Shown here: piece after piece, positions 39,156-49,971 of the stretch
Layout: each line of letters begins with the position of its first letter
How positions within the stretch are numbered: position 1 is the first letter of the stretch
DNA from: Pseudomonadota bacterium
Lineage (GTDB): Bacteria > Pseudomonadota > Gammaproteobacteria > Pseudomonadales > Azotimanducaceae
Direction of reading: 5' to 3'
DNA: 64,000 nucleotides
NCBI GenBank assembly: GCA_036338285.1
Contig: JAYZCO010000090.1
Location: forward strand, 79,234-143,233
Position numbers and translations under genes: made by a program
The notes under the pieces: model-generated
What the model was told of the DNA's origin: nothing
The model's input: only the letters and a program-made list of their open reading frames with translations
Database searches by the model: none

Positions 39156-40088
39156 ATGGGGCGTTACGCATTTAAAAGAATCATCCAGGGAATCATCACG
39201 GTCTGGTTCATCGCAACCGCGACCTTTTTTGGCATGCATGAAGTCCCCGGAGACCCTCTTTCAGGTGAAAAAGCTCTGACCGAGAAGATCCGCGAAAACC
39301 TTGAGATCAAGTACGGCCTCAACCAACCTGTGATCGTGCAATACGGGATCTTTCTCAAGAACCTGGCAAAAGCCGATCTCGGCATTTCATTCACGCAAGA
39401 AAACCGCCGGGTCAACGACATAATTGCTGAACATTTCCCTGTTTCCGCGACCCTCGGCATTCTGGCCATTATATTCGCCGGTCTGGGTGGGATTCTGTGG
39501 GGCGCGCTGACTGCTTTGTATAGAAACCGTCTCCCTGACACGATTATCATGTTTCTCGTCATCCTTGGCATCTCGGTACCTAGCTTTGTCGTCGCCGCGC
39601 TGGGACAGCTTAGTCTCGTCAACATGAACGATTGGACGGGCATTTCAATTCTACCGGTGGGCGGCTGGGGCACAGTCTGGCATATGATCATCCCGTCCAT
39701 GGTGCTTGGCCTATCCACCATGGCTTATCTCACACGCCTGATGCGCTCTTCCATGCTCGAGATCGTCAACTCAGACTTTGTGCGCACAGCCAAATCCAAG
39801 GGCGTGCCCGCGAGTCAGATATTTACGCGCCACCAGCTGAGAAATGCCGTCTTGCCTGTCATTACCGTACTCGGACCTTCTATCGCTGCGATCACTACCG
39901 GTGGCTTCGTGGTTGAGATCATCTTCGCCATACCCGGCCTTGGCCGCTACTTCGTACAGGCAGTACAGCAACTCGACTACACGGTCATTATGGGCACAAC
40001 CGTTTTTTACGGGGCTTTTCTGGTCTTCATGGTCATCCTGGTCGATCTCGTGTACAGCCTGATCGATCCGAGAGTACGGCTGGAGTAG
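39156..40088 (+). CDS. oppB: Oligopeptide ABC transporter permease
   Basis: PGDP, DLGISF, FVRTAKSKG, VEIIFAIPGLG and IDPRVR. ATG at 39156. Confidence 0.92.
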   Translation: MGRYAFKRIIQGIITVWFIATATFFGMHEVPGDPLSGEKALTEKIRENLEIKYGLNQPVIVQYGIFLKNLAKADLGISFTQENRRVNDIIAEHFPVSATLGILAIIFAGLGGILWGALTALYRNRLPDTIIMFLVILGISVPSFVVAALGQLSLVNMNDWTGISILPVGGWGTVWHMIIPSMVLGLSTMAYLTRLMRSSMLEIVNSDFVRTAKSKGVPASQIFTRHQLRNAVLPVITVLGPSIAAITTGGFVVEIIFAIPGLGRYFVQAVQQLDYTVIMGTTVFYGAFLVFMVILVDLVYSLIDPRVRLE

Positions 40089-40091
40089 AAG

Positions 40092-41462
40092 ATGGCTGAT
40101 ACTTCCGTTAACTCGTTTGCGACCGATGCCTTTGAACCTCTGGTTGTAGAGCAGGACATTCAAGGCATCTCACGGCCATCATTGTCATACTGGCAGGATG
40201 CCTGGCTACGCCTGAAGGCGAACCACCGCGCCCTGGTCTCTCTATGGATCATCATCGGCCTGCTTCTATTCACTTTTCTCGGGCCAGCACTTTGGACTGT
40301 CGATCCCACCATCCAGGACGTTGAACAAATCTCTCAAGCACCCGGCGCGGATCGCACCGTCACCCTCGTGGATGAATATACAGTCTGGCAAGGATCGTCC
40401 AACACAGCTGATGCAGGGCTACAAATCATCGGCACTGCAACAACCCAGCATGTCCGCCTGATATGGGGTGATTTTTCTCCACAGTACGGCTATCGCGTAT
40501 ACCGTACACCTTATGCGAGCGGCCCTGAACGGGCATTTGGGCTTCCGCTTGCAGTAACAAACAAGCCATTTTTTGAAGATCGCCTCGATCTGCACCCGAA
40601 ATCTTACTTCTACAACATCGTCGCCCTCGATCACAACGGAAACGACACCAACCAATACGAAACAATCGAAACCGACGTATCCCGTGTCATCACTATCGAA
40701 GAAGCACGCGAGCGAGGCTTGGTGGGCCCACTTGAATCGCCAACGCCGGGAACAACCTATGAACTCGCATTTCATCCCCTGGGTACAGATTATCTCGGCC
40801 GTGACATGCTTGCCCGCCTCATGCATGGCGCCAGAATATCCCTTTTTATTGGCTTTTTTGCGCCTCTACTCTATGTCCTGATAGGCGTGGTATATGGAAG
40901 TACAGCCGGTTTCGTCGGTGGGGTAACAGACCAACTCATGATGCGTTTTGCTGATTTCGTCGTCGCCTTACCCTTTTTACTCTTCATGATCCTCTTCAAA
41001 GTCATGACCAATACCGGGCCAGGAGAGAGTGGTATCTTACCCATGCTCTTTGCCATGGTGGTCCTGTTGTGGCCAGCAACCGCAAGACTGGTACGTGGCC
41101 AGATTCTGCAGATCCGGGAAGAAGGCTATATCAGCGCGAGTCGCCTGCTGGGCGCTAAAACCAACTACCTCGTTCTCAGACATATGATTCCTAACACCAT
41201 GGGTGTCATTCTCGTGACCATCACCTTTGCCGTTCCCAGCGCGATTTTCACCGAAGCATTCCTGTCATTTATCGGCATGGGCGTCGCGCCTCCAACACCT
41301 TCATGGGGGTCTATGTGCAACGACGGGATAAAAACCATGCTAACCCATCCACACGAGCTCATCTTTCCGGCCGCCTTCATCAGCGTGACGGTACTGGCCT
41401 TTAATATGTTGGGTGATGGGCTGAGAGATGCGCTTGATGCCCGCATGAGGAATCGAGAATAG
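40092..41462 (+). CDS. oppC: Oligopeptide ABC transporter permease with a large periplasmic insertion
   Basis: SYWQDAW.RL, HPLGTDYLGRD, EAFLSFIGMG and GDGLRDALD; 456 aa. Confidence 0.9.
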   Translation: MADTSVNSFATDAFEPLVVEQDIQGISRPSLSYWQDAWLRLKANHRALVSLWIIIGLLLFTFLGPALWTVDPTIQDVEQISQAPGADRTVTLVDEYTVWQGSSNTADAGLQIIGTATTQHVRLIWGDFSPQYGYRVYRTPYASGPERAFGLPLAVTNKPFFEDRLDLHPKSYFYNIVALDHNGNDTNQYETIETDVSRVITIEEARERGLVGPLESPTPGTTYELAFHPLGTDYLGRDMLARLMHGARISLFIGFFAPLLYVLIGVVYGSTAGFVGGVTDQLMMRFADFVVALPFLLFMILFKVMTNTGPGESGILPMLFAMVVLLWPATARLVRGQILQIREEGYISASRLLGAKTNYLVLRHMIPNTMGVILVTITFAVPSAIFTEAFLSFIGMGVAPPTPSWGSMCNDGIKTMLTHPHELIFPAAFISVTVLAFNMLGDGLRDALDARMRNRE

Positions 41463-41464
41463 TT

Positions 41465-42481
41465 ATGTCTGACAACTTGTTAAACGTTGACGATCTTCAT
41501 GTCCAATTCGACACATACGGGGGCACTGTACAAGCTGTTCGAGGCGTGTCATTCCAGATCGATGCCGGCAAAACACTCGCGATTGTCGGTGAGTCGGGTT
41601 GTGGTAAATCCGTGACTGTACAAAGCATCATGGGTCTGATCCCAATGCCTCCTGGGCGCATCACCCGCGGACAGGCGCATCTGCGAGGCATCGATATCCT
41701 GGGTCAGAAATCCATAGATGGCAAAGACATTCGAGGAGATCAGATCGGTATGATCTTCCAGGATCCAATGACTTCTCTGAATCCGACCATGAACATTGGG
41801 AGTCAGATAGCTGAAACCCTCATTGTGCATCGAGGGTACACGAACAAAGCCGCGTTCAAACGAGCCATCGAACTTTTAGAACTCTCCAAAATTCCCGAGC
41901 CCGACAAGCGTGCCAAACAATATCCATTCGAATTCTCAGGCGGGATGTTGCAACGCGCCATGATCGCGATGGCAATTGCATGCGAACCTGCAATCCTGAT
42001 CGCCGATGAGCCAACCACCGCACTGGATGTAACCATACAGGCGCAAATCCTAGACCTCTTACGAGACCTGCAGAAACAGACCGGCATGGCAATCATACTC
42101 ATTACCCACGACCTGGGCGTAGTCGCCCGCATGGCCGATGAGGTGCTCGTCATGTACGCAGGTCAAATCGTTGAAACAGGGTCTGTCGACCAGATCTTCT
42201 ATGAATCCGCACACCCCTATACGCTGGGTTTGCGTGCTGCTATGCCCAGCAATGACCCTGCGGGTGGCAATGAACTGAAACCTATCGATGGATCACCCCC
42301 GGATCTTTTCAACCCACCACCCGGATGCGGTTATTGTGCACGCTGCCCCTTCGCCATGCAGATCTGCCGAAACGAACCACCCCCCTACCTCAATCTTCGT
42401 CCTGACCATGCAGCCAGATGCTGGCTCCATCATGAGGCAAATACGCGCATCGTCCCAGAAGTGCTGGGAGCACCTTCTTGA
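41465..42481 (+). CDS. oppD: Oligopeptide ABC transporter ATP-binding protein
   Basis: GESGCGKS, FSGGMLQR and ADEPTTALD. Confidence 0.93.
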   Translation: MSDNLLNVDDLHVQFDTYGGTVQAVRGVSFQIDAGKTLAIVGESGCGKSVTVQSIMGLIPMPPGRITRGQAHLRGIDILGQKSIDGKDIRGDQIGMIFQDPMTSLNPTMNIGSQIAETLIVHRGYTNKAAFKRAIELLELSKIPEPDKRAKQYPFEFSGGMLQRAMIAMAIACEPAILIADEPTTALDVTIQAQILDLLRDLQKQTGMAIILITHDLGVVARMADEVLVMYAGQIVETGSVDQIFYESAHPYTLGLRAAMPSNDPAGGNELKPIDGSPPDLFNPPPGCGYCARCPFAMQICRNEPPPYLNLRPDHAARCWLHHEANTRIVPEVLGAPS

Positions 42482-43449
42482 AACCTCTGATCCGTATCGA
42501 GCACCTGGTCAAGCATTTTGACCTGGGTAAGGGCCAGCGAATCCACGCCGTAGACGATGTAAGCCTCGACATAGGCGCGCGTGAAATCGTCGGGCTCGTA
42601 GGGGAGTCAGGTTCCGGCAAGTCTACATTAGGCAAAACAATGCTGGGTTTGCACGACAAAACCTCCGGCTCAGTTTTTTATCAGGAGCAGGCATTGCCCG
42701 CTGCATATACCGCGCAGGACTTCCAAATCTGGTCAAAACGGATGCAGATGATTTTTCAGGACCCCTATTCATCCTTAAACCCCCGCATGACCGTCGGAGA
42801 AATCATCGGCGAAGGACTGGCCCTGCATAGCACCTTAAAAAAAACTGACATCAATGAACGAGTGGCCGAATGGCTTAAGCGTGTGGGCTTAGAGGCTGAT
42901 CACATGTCACGCTATCCACATGAATTTTCCGGCGGACAACGTCAACGTATCGGGATCGCGCGCGCGCTGATTCTTGAGCCGGAATTTGTGGTATGTGACG
43001 AACCGATCTCTGCCCTGGACGTTTCTGTGCAGGCACAGGTCATTAATCTTCTGGACGAACTCAAGGAGAGTTTGGGGCTGACGCTCCTTTTTATCGCCCA
43101 TGACCTTTCCATGGTGCGATACGTGAGCGATCGCATGGCGGTGATGTACCTAGGCAGCCTAGTCGAGATTGGCCCCGCCAACGAAGTCTTTTTCGAACCA
43201 AAGCATCCCTATACGAAAATTCTAATCGGCTCCAATCCCGAACCAGACCCCGAAAACGAGCGGTCACGCACAGCAACGACGATCCGAGGCGAGATCCCCT
43301 CACCAGTGAACGTCCCCGCCGGGTGCAGATTCGCTAATCGATGTCCCGAGGTCCACAAACGATGCGAACAGGAGACACCTGAACTCATTTCGCTCAGGGA
43401 AACTACAGACGCACCGGAGCGACAGGTCGCGTGCCACCTCTTCGATTGA
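42478..43449 (+). CDS. oppF: Oligopeptide ABC transporter ATP-binding protein
   Basis: GESGSGKS, FSGGQRQR, CDEPISALD and VACHL. Confidence 0.93.
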   Translation: MKPLIRIEHLVKHFDLGKGQRIHAVDDVSLDIGAREIVGLVGESGSGKSTLGKTMLGLHDKTSGSVFYQEQALPAAYTAQDFQIWSKRMQMIFQDPYSSLNPRMTVGEIIGEGLALHSTLKKTDINERVAEWLKRVGLEADHMSRYPHEFSGGQRQRIGIARALILEPEFVVCDEPISALDVSVQAQVINLLDELKESLGLTLLFIAHDLSMVRYVSDRMAVMYLGSLVEIGPANEVFFEPKHPYTKILIGSNPEPDPENERSRTATTIRGEIPSPVNVPAGCRFANRCPEVHKRCEQETPELISLRETTDAPERQVACHLFD

Positions 43450-43512
43450 GGTGTGGCATCAAGCGTCGAATCTGAGTGGGCCATATACCTGACCTAGTCA
43501 GATTCTTTTCAC

Positions 43513-43806
43513 TTAAAAGGGTCGACGACCTCCGCCGCCACCACCGCCACCACCGCCACCGCCACGGTTTTTGCTTTGCGCTTCGTTTACACGCAGTGGA
43601 CGGCCTTGCAGGTCCTGCCCATTGAGTGCTTCGATCGCCTCTTCGCCACCGCTTTCGAGTTCTACGAACCCAAAACCGCGTGAACGACCCGTTTCACGGT
43701 CTGTGATTACAACCGCCGACGCGACGTTTCCAAACTCAGCAAAAAGCTGATTTAACTCGTCGTCCGTGACGCCCCAGGCAAGGTTGCCTACGTAGAGTTT
43801 TTTCAA
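43513..43806 (-). CDS. RRM RNA-binding protein with Gly-rich tail
   Basis: RNP2 LYVGNL and RNP1 RGFGFVEL. TTG at 43806 follows GGAGAG. Confidence 0.93.
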   Translation of the reverse strand: MKKLYVGNLAWGVTDDELNQLFAEFGNVASAVVITDRETGRSRGFGFVELESGGEEAIEALNGQDLQGRPLRVNEAQSKNRGGGGGGGGGGGGRRPF

Positions 43807-44023
43807 TTCTCTCTCCAATTGATCATGCACCCACTAACGGGTACGTCCGCCGGACTTTTACCGGCACCATGAGCCGACCAATCGAGATGGAACCGAAGTA
43901 ACAAACTGATGACCGAACCGCAATTCGGAAGCCTACGTCAACTGCCTTGCCTGCACAAATCAAATTTGCAGCAAAAAAACCGCGTTAGATACGCAACGAA
44001 CACCATTTTTTAGCCATATAAAC

Positions 44024-44051
44024 AAAAAGGGCATCCCGTAGATGCCCTTTT
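44024..44051. terminator. Rho-independent terminator after the TonB-dependent receptor gene
   Basis: AAAAAGGGCATC-CCGTA-GATGCCCTTTT. Confidence 0.85.
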
Positions 44052-44075
44052 CTTGCATTCAGTTTTAGGTGTCTT

Positions 44076-47000
44076 CTATTGGAAAGCACCAAACTTGTAC
44101 TGAATTTCGATACCCGCCATGCGCGGATTGGTCGGCTCAACGCCACGACGGTACCCGCCCTGGCTCGAGTAAGTGAACATATTTCGTGTTCCAACTTCAT
44201 CCAGGATATTGTTTATGAAGCCGGTCACATTCCACTGCTCATCTGCTGATAACCAAGAAATGCGTGCATCCCAACGCATGAAGTCAGGTGCGGTGACTAA
44301 TGGTCCACTCGGTAAAGGTCGACCTGCTGCCGGGAACTCATCCGTGTAGTTCAAAACCGTCAGGAAGACAAGCTTGCCGTTTTCACCCAGGGCATGCTGG
44401 TATTCAGCCCACGCCGTCCACTTTGTTTCCGGAATACGTGGGAGCGGTTCACCATCGATCGGAACTTTGCGCTCTTGCGATGTAAACAACTCAGTCGGCG
44501 CCCATGGGTTAGACGTATCAACCACCATCTTATCTACAGGAAGTTCACCATCGTACTCAGCGTGCGTGAAGCTGTAGTTAAAGCCGATTGTTAAGTTATC
44601 CGTAGCAAGCCACAAGATATCCACTTCAGCACCGTACGTTTGTGCACCAGGTGCGTTGGTAACCGATGTACCTTCACCGACAACACTGCTCTCAAGGAAC
44701 TGCAGCGAGATGTCGTTGTAGTCGTATAAATAGGTTGAGGCGTTGATTTGCACTGTGCCATCAGCTAACTGACCTTTGTAGCCAAGTTCGAAGGCCGTGA
44801 TCTCCTCGTTGTCATAAGTTGGCGTAGGCGCAAAGAAACCGAGGTTGAATCCACCTGCGCGATAGCCCGTCGTAACAGACAAGTAGACTAAAGCATCATC
44901 CGTTGGCGTAAAGTCAATGTTCACACGATAGGTCAGGTCATCAAAGGTACGCTCGAACCGACGATACAGGCCAAGCGTCCAGGGCACGCCGTTTTTACGC
45001 AGCGTATCGAAGTTGACGACATTACCATCCGCATCAAGCGCTCCCGTGACATTCTGGTTGTACTCAGCCAACGTGACCACACCGTCCGGGTTAACAGGGT
45101 CATCACCACAGGCAACCGAATCACCGCTTACAGCAACACAAACGCCCTTCAGATCGGTACCGAATAACAGTCCCTCACGATAAAGGTAGAGGTTCTCTTC
45201 GCCTTCTTTTTCATCTTCAGCCCAACGAGCACCCAGGGTAATTGCCCAGGTATCGTTGATTTGCCATTCCGTCTGCGCATAGATGGCCTGCGCGCTGGAA
45301 CGGTTTTCGGTATCCCAGATAAAGGTCGTACCATCGGATACAGGTCCATGGTCGACCTGTCCGGTGTTGTGTACGTTGTCACCATGCCACCCGCCCAGTG
45401 CCAGACCGAAGTGCGTTTGCACGCCCCCCGGGCCTGCACCCGGTGTCGGATTGGCATTCATCTGAGCCGATCTGTGATGAATCGGGCCACCGAGACCCCA
45501 GGTACCAGAACCTAAACCACCGTAATAGCAACCCCCACACTGATCATCCGATTGGCTGAATTTACTCCAGGAATCAGGCGAATAGAAATCGAGCTGTTGA
45601 TCGATGTCGTTTTCATACGCGAACAGACCCGCCGTTAACGTCAGATTTTCGCTAAAGTCATAGAAAAACTGCAGTTCGTGCTGATAGTTTTCATTCTCCT
45701 GGGCTGCAAAGAATTGCATATCATGGGGAAGACCCGTCCGATCGTGTTCTGTCGTACGATCGTAGTAGTAATCGGTATACGCACCAATGTACTTCATTGT
45801 GAAATTGTCCTTCACATCCCAGGTAACACTTGCATAGGCCGCCTGGTGGTCAAAGAACTCATCGTTATGACCGTTGGTGTATGTGACCAGATCGTCTCCG
45901 TCCATCTCAGGCAGTTCACGACCATTACCCAACGTGGTGCGATTCAAGATATTAATCGCATCGGCGTCGCCATTCGCCTGGTAGGTCCAGTTCTGCCAAT
46001 GGGTTGCATCTGCAGGCAAGACGTCTACCCCACCCATAATCGGCTGTCCAAAACGTACAATCCCATTGCTCTCAAATCGGTACACGCCGGTGCCGGCAAT
46101 CGAGCCTTGGGAAGTGTCATTGATATAAGGAATAATACCCGTCGGTACGAGACACATCGGGTCGGTGCGATCGATTGCGCTCGCACACATAACTGCGCCT
46201 GCATCGGAAGGATCATAAGTCTGGCGCCAGCCAAGAACCGGTAGGCTTGACCAGCGCTTGCCACCTGTCACTGGGTCCGGTATGCCGCCCATCTCAGAGA
46301 CAATCACGGCTCCAGCACCCTGTGCACCCGACATCTCACGACGATAGCTGCGCTCGTTACCGCGGATCAGTATCGACAGCGTATCACTTGGCGTGAACTC
46401 AAGAGTCAGCGCATAGTTCTCATCACCATAGGAATTCAGGTCAGGACCTGTTCCGAACTCTTCAACGAAACCTTCTCGAGATCGCTTAACGCCGGTGACA
46501 CGGGCATTGAGCAATCCATCGACGATGGGTCCTGAGAGAACACCAAAAATTTCCTTGGTATTGTAGCTACCCCAGATGGTTTTAATCTCACCTTCGAATT
46601 CATCGGTCGGCTTTTTACTGTGGAAGTTCACAGCTCCGCCCAGACCGTTTCGGCCATAGAGCGTACCCTGGGGGCCCCGAAGTACCTCGATTCGCTCGAG
46701 GTCAAAAAGACCAGCCTCTGTTGATGCAATACCGAAGTCTTCAGAATAAGCACCGTCGAAATAGGTCGCAATACCCGGGTCTCCACCTAAAGCTCGATAT
46801 AAGCGTCCTACACCGCGTATAGACAAGTCATAAGGCTGAATCGTCGTCGCTGGAATGTAGTTCTGCAAGTCCTCTTGGTTGCGAAGACCAAAGTCTTCAA
46901 TGAACTCGCCTGTAAAGGCCGTAATGGATATCGCCGTATCCTGTACCGTGGACTCTCGTCGTTCCGCAGTGACCACAATCTCTTCAATCTGACGCCCTTC

Positions 47001-47084
47001 GGCGGCAAATAAAGAGGTGGCTGCGGGAATCAGCATAAGCGCCACAAGCAGGCGAGTGCCTACACGTAGTTTACGTGAGTGCAT
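44076..47084 (-). CDS. TonB-dependent outer-membrane receptor
   Basis: Signal peptide, TonB box IEEIVVTAERR, plug motif ERIEVLRGPQGTLYGRN and GYRAGGFN; GGAGG RBS. Confidence 0.95.
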   Translation of the reverse strand: MHSRKLRVGTRLLVALMLIPAATSLFAAEGRQIEEIVVTAERRESTVQDTAISITAFTGEFIEDFGLRNQEDLQNYIPATTIQPYDLSIRGVGRLYRALGGDPGIATYFDGAYSEDFGIASTEAGLFDLERIEVLRGPQGTLYGRNGLGGAVNFHSKKPTDEFEGEIKTIWGSYNTKEIFGVLSGPIVDGLLNARVTGVKRSREGFVEEFGTGPDLNSYGDENYALTLEFTPSDTLSILIRGNERSYRREMSGAQGAGAVIVSEMGGIPDPVTGGKRWSSLPVLGWRQTYDPSDAGAVMCASAIDRTDPMCLVPTGIIPYINDTSQGSIAGTGVYRFESNGIVRFGQPIMGGVDVLPADATHWQNWTYQANGDADAINILNRTTLGNGRELPEMDGDDLVTYTNGHNDEFFDHQAAYASVTWDVKDNFTMKYIGAYTDYYYDRTTEHDRTGLPHDMQFFAAQENENYQHELQFFYDFSENLTLTAGLFAYENDIDQQLDFYSPDSWSKFSQSDDQCGGCYYGGLGSGTWGLGGPIHHRSAQMNANPTPGAGPGGVQTHFGLALGGWHGDNVHNTGQVDHGPVSDGTTFIWDTENRSSAQAIYAQTEWQINDTWAITLGARWAEDEKEGEENLYLYREGLLFGTDLKGVCVAVSGDSVACGDDPVNPDGVVTLAEYNQNVTGALDADGNVVNFDTLRKNGVPWTLGLYRRFERTFDDLTYRVNIDFTPTDDALVYLSVTTGYRAGGFNLGFFAPTPTYDNEEITAFELGYKGQLADGTVQINASTYLYDYNDISLQFLESSVVGEGTSVTNAPGAQTYGAEVDILWLATDNLTIGFNYSFTHAEYDGELPVDKMVVDTSNPWAPTELFTSQERKVPIDGEPLPRIPETKWTAWAEYQHALGENGKLVFLTVLNYTDEFPAAGRPLPSGPLVTAPDFMRWDARISWLSADEQWNVTGFINNILDEVGTRNMFTYSSQGGYRRGVEPTNPRMAGIEIQYKFGAFQ

Positions 47085-47229
47085 GGAAACCCCTCCAAAT
47101 TTTGTATCTGTTTACCGATCGATTTTTCACTTAATCATTCAATAGTTCGTTCAATTCCCGAACTACTTAAGCGTAGTTTACTACATCCACACCAGAATGT
47201 AGAAGCCACGCTCCCTTATAGAGACCCTG

Positions 47230-47793
47230 TTAACGCCTGTCAACGCCAGAAACCTTACCCTGATGCGCTCGCCATTTTCGCCCCATTCGAAGTATCGATT
47301 CTTCTTGTGTAAACGCCTCGAGATCTTCAATTTGCACCCATTGAAGATCGTTGGATTCGGCACTCACGACATAGGTTTTCTGCTTCGCCACAAACGCAAA
47401 CCGAACATCGTAATGCTCATGAGCGGGCGCGTCGTGTCGGGCAGGAATTTCATGGACATCGAGGTCAAAGATTTCACGGGTCGCAAAGTCCACTTCGAGC
47501 CCAGATTCTTCCTCTGCCTCTTTACGGGCAACCCTGGCCGTGTTGGGATCACCATCGCTATGGCCGCCAAGTTGCACCCAGATATTCAGCTTTCTGTGAT
47601 GAGTCAGGAGGACAGCAGTTTGTCCGGGATCCACCACCCAGGCCGAACCTGTAATATGCCCAGCCCAGCAATCCCTAGCAAAACACCGTTCATGATTCAT
47701 CATGAATTGTCGGAATCGCGTAACCACTGCTTCTTCATCCGGATGAGATGCTAAATAAGCCGTGAGCCAGGCGTCGAGTTTGCGTCGGTGCAT
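47230..47793 (-). CDS. NUDIX hydrolase
   Basis: GHITGSAW, WVQLGGH.DG...ARKEAEEESGL Nudix box and HYDVRF. Confidence 0.9.
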   Translation of the reverse strand: MHRRKLDAWLTAYLASHPDEEAVVTRFRQFMMNHERCFARDCWAGHITGSAWVVDPGQTAVLLTHHRKLNIWVQLGGHSDGDPNTARVARKEAEEESGLEVDFATREIFDLDVHEIPARHDAPAHEHYDVRFAFVAKQKTYVVSAESNDLQWVQIEDLEAFTQEESILRMGRKWRAHQGKVSGVDRR

Positions 47794-47841
47794 ATGCCTC
47801 CTTTATGCTCGATGGCTCAATTTATCAGAACGGAGCAATTC

Positions 47842-48129
47842 ATGATCGGGGTGATCGCTAAACTGAACGTAAAACAAGAAGCAGCAGCAGAGTTCGAAGA
47901 CGTATTCCTAACCCTTACCGAAGCCGTCAAAGCAAACGAGCAGGGCTGCATCATGTATCAGCTATGCAAGGACGACGAGGGCAACTACATCGTCATGGAG
48001 ATGTATGAGAATGAGGAAGCCTTAGCAGCACACGGACAATCAGAACATTTTAAATCTGCAGGAGCCGGCTTTAAAGGGAAGATGGGGGGACCACCAGAGA
48101 TTACACGTATGCAGGCAGTGACTCGCTAG
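47842..48129 (+). CDS. ABM-family (putative quinol monooxygenase-like) protein
   Basis: NEQGCIMYQL, E.Y....ALAAHGQSEHF. ATG at 47842 follows GGAG. Confidence 0.85.
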   Translation: MIGVIAKLNVKQEAAAEFEDVFLTLTEAVKANEQGCIMYQLCKDDEGNYIVMEMYENEEALAAHGQSEHFKSAGAGFKGKMGGPPEITRMQAVTR

Positions 48130-48140
48130 ACAAAGACTCA

Positions 48141-49952
48141 CTAGTCCTTAATTTCAAACAGTTCTGCCAGCTGGTCGGTCATCGCACCACCCAGCTGCTC
48201 AGCATCGGTTATGGTCACCGCGCGTTTGTAATGGTGCGTTACATCATGACCGATGCCGACAGCCACCAACTCAACCGGGGAATAATTCTCAGTCATATCG
48301 ATTGCGTATTTAAGATGTTGTTCGAGGTAATTGCTGGGGTTGACAAGCAACGTCGAGTTATCAACCGGTAGGCCATCAGAGATCACCATGAGAATCTTGC
48401 GCTGCTCAGTACGCGTAACCAGACGATTGTGCGCCCAGATAAGCGCTTCACCGTCGATGTTCTCCTTGAGCAATTCCTCACGCATCATCAGACCAAGATT
48501 TCGCCGTGTACGTGCCCAGGTGTCGTCTGCCGCCTTGTAGATGATGTGACGCAAATCATTCAGGCGTCCAGGACTGGTCGGTTTACCGTCATTGATCCAT
48601 TGCTCGCGAGACTGTCCACCTCGCCAGGCCCGGGTTGTGAAACCTAAAATTTCGACTTTAACTGAACAACGCTCAAGCGTACGCCCCAGGATGTCTGCAC
48701 ACATAGCGGCAATCGTGATGGAACGACCACGCATCGACCCGGAACTATCGATGAGTAGCGTGACTACCGTATCCCGGAATTTCATTTCTTTTTCCTGCTT
48801 AAAGGCAAGCGGGTTGAAGGGGTCAATGATGACCTGCGACAATCGCGCAGCGTCAAGAATGCCTTCCTCGAGATCAAAATCCCAAGTCCGATTCTGTTTT
48901 GCCATCAAACGTCGTTGCAGCCGGTTGGCAAGCTTTGATGTCGCGTGATGAAGCGAGACAAGTTGTTGGTCGAGCAACTGGCGCAACCTCGTCATTTCCT
49001 CAGCATCGCACAGGTCTTCTGCGCGAATAATTTCGTCGAACGCTTCCGTAAACAGCTCATAGTTGTTGTCGACCGCAATACGTCCGGCATCATCCGGCAT
49101 AGGCGCGGGTGCCTCGTCGGGATCGGCCTCCGCACTCGCTTGGTCCATGTCGACATCCGCATCCATCTCCACCATCGTCGCATCGCCGTCAGCGTTTTCG
49201 TCGCCCATGGATTCATCGTCGAGCAAAACATCTTCAGGGCTGAGATCGGATTCTGCATCCTGATTCTCATCCATCGTTTCTAACTCATCCTGATTCTGTT
49301 CACCTTCGCTGGGATCATCCAGGTCAGCGGCCAGACCCAGGTCTGCAATTATGCTGCGGCACTTAGTCGCGAACTCAGCTTGATCTTTGATGTGTCCCTT
49401 CAGCGCCCGGATCTGCGCGCCCGCGTGAGCTTCGACGTGATCGCGCCAGAAGCGAACTACGTTTTCTGCACTTGGGGGCAACGCCCGCCCCGTCAGTTCC
49501 TGCCGAACCAACAGGCCAACGGCTACTGACAGGGGTGCATCAGTTTCTGCCGTGATGGAATCAAACGCGGCCTGCTGACACTGTGTTTCCAGACGTGCAT
49601 CGAGGTTTTGGGCGACGCCTTCCATGTACAGACTACCGATCGAAGCAATGCGCGCTTCCTCGATCCACTCAAACATTTCCTCAGCCGGGCCCCCTTGCGG
49701 CGCATAACGGGAATGCAGCACGGTATCGTGATGCTTGGTTTTCAGTGCAAACTGATCGCCTACACCCCGAATCGAGTTCACCTCCTGCTCGGAGCAACCG
49801 ACCGTTGGCAAGGGTACGCGCATGCGGCTGCCGCGTGCAGTCGGCGCACCGGGGCCAAAGGTAATTTCGAGTTCATCATCCTCCGCCAAGGCTCGCATTG
49901 TGGCGGTCATCGCCCGTTTGAACGGCTCCAGAGGATTTTCTGCTTCACTCAT
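48141..49952 (-). CDS. cobT: Cobaltochelatase subunit CobT
   Basis: [40 protein letters not shown] and [10 protein letters not shown]. Confidence 0.92.
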   Translation of the reverse strand: MSEAENPLEPFKRAMTATMRALAEDDELEITFGPGAPTARGSRMRVPLPTVGCSEQEVNSIRGVGDQFALKTKHHDTVLHSRYAPQGGPAEEMFEWIEEARIASIGSLYMEGVAQNLDARLETQCQQAAFDSITAETDAPLSVAVGLLVRQELTGRALPPSAENVVRFWRDHVEAHAGAQIRALKGHIKDQAEFATKCRSIIADLGLAADLDDPSEGEQNQDELETMDENQDAESDLSPEDVLLDDESMGDENADGDATMVEMDADVDMDQASAEADPDEAPAPMPDDAGRIAVDNNYELFTEAFDEIIRAEDLCDAEEMTRLRQLLDQQLVSLHHATSKLANRLQRRLMAKQNRTWDFDLEEGILDAARLSQVIIDPFNPLAFKQEKEMKFRDTVVTLLIDSSGSMRGRSITIAAMCADILGRTLERCSVKVEILGFTTRAWRGGQSREQWINDGKPTSPGRLNDLRHIIYKAADDTWARTRRNLGLMMREELLKENIDGEALIWAHNRLVTRTEQRKILMVISDGLPVDNSTLLVNPSNYLEQHLKYAIDMTENYSPVELVAVGIGHDVTHHYKRAVTITDAEQLGGAMTDQLAELFEIKD

Positions 49953-49971
49953 GGTTAATCCGGCAGATTCT

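Noticed and set aside
43530-43566. CCG/CCA trinucleotide repeat
   Set aside because: It simply encodes the poly-Gly tail of the RRM protein.
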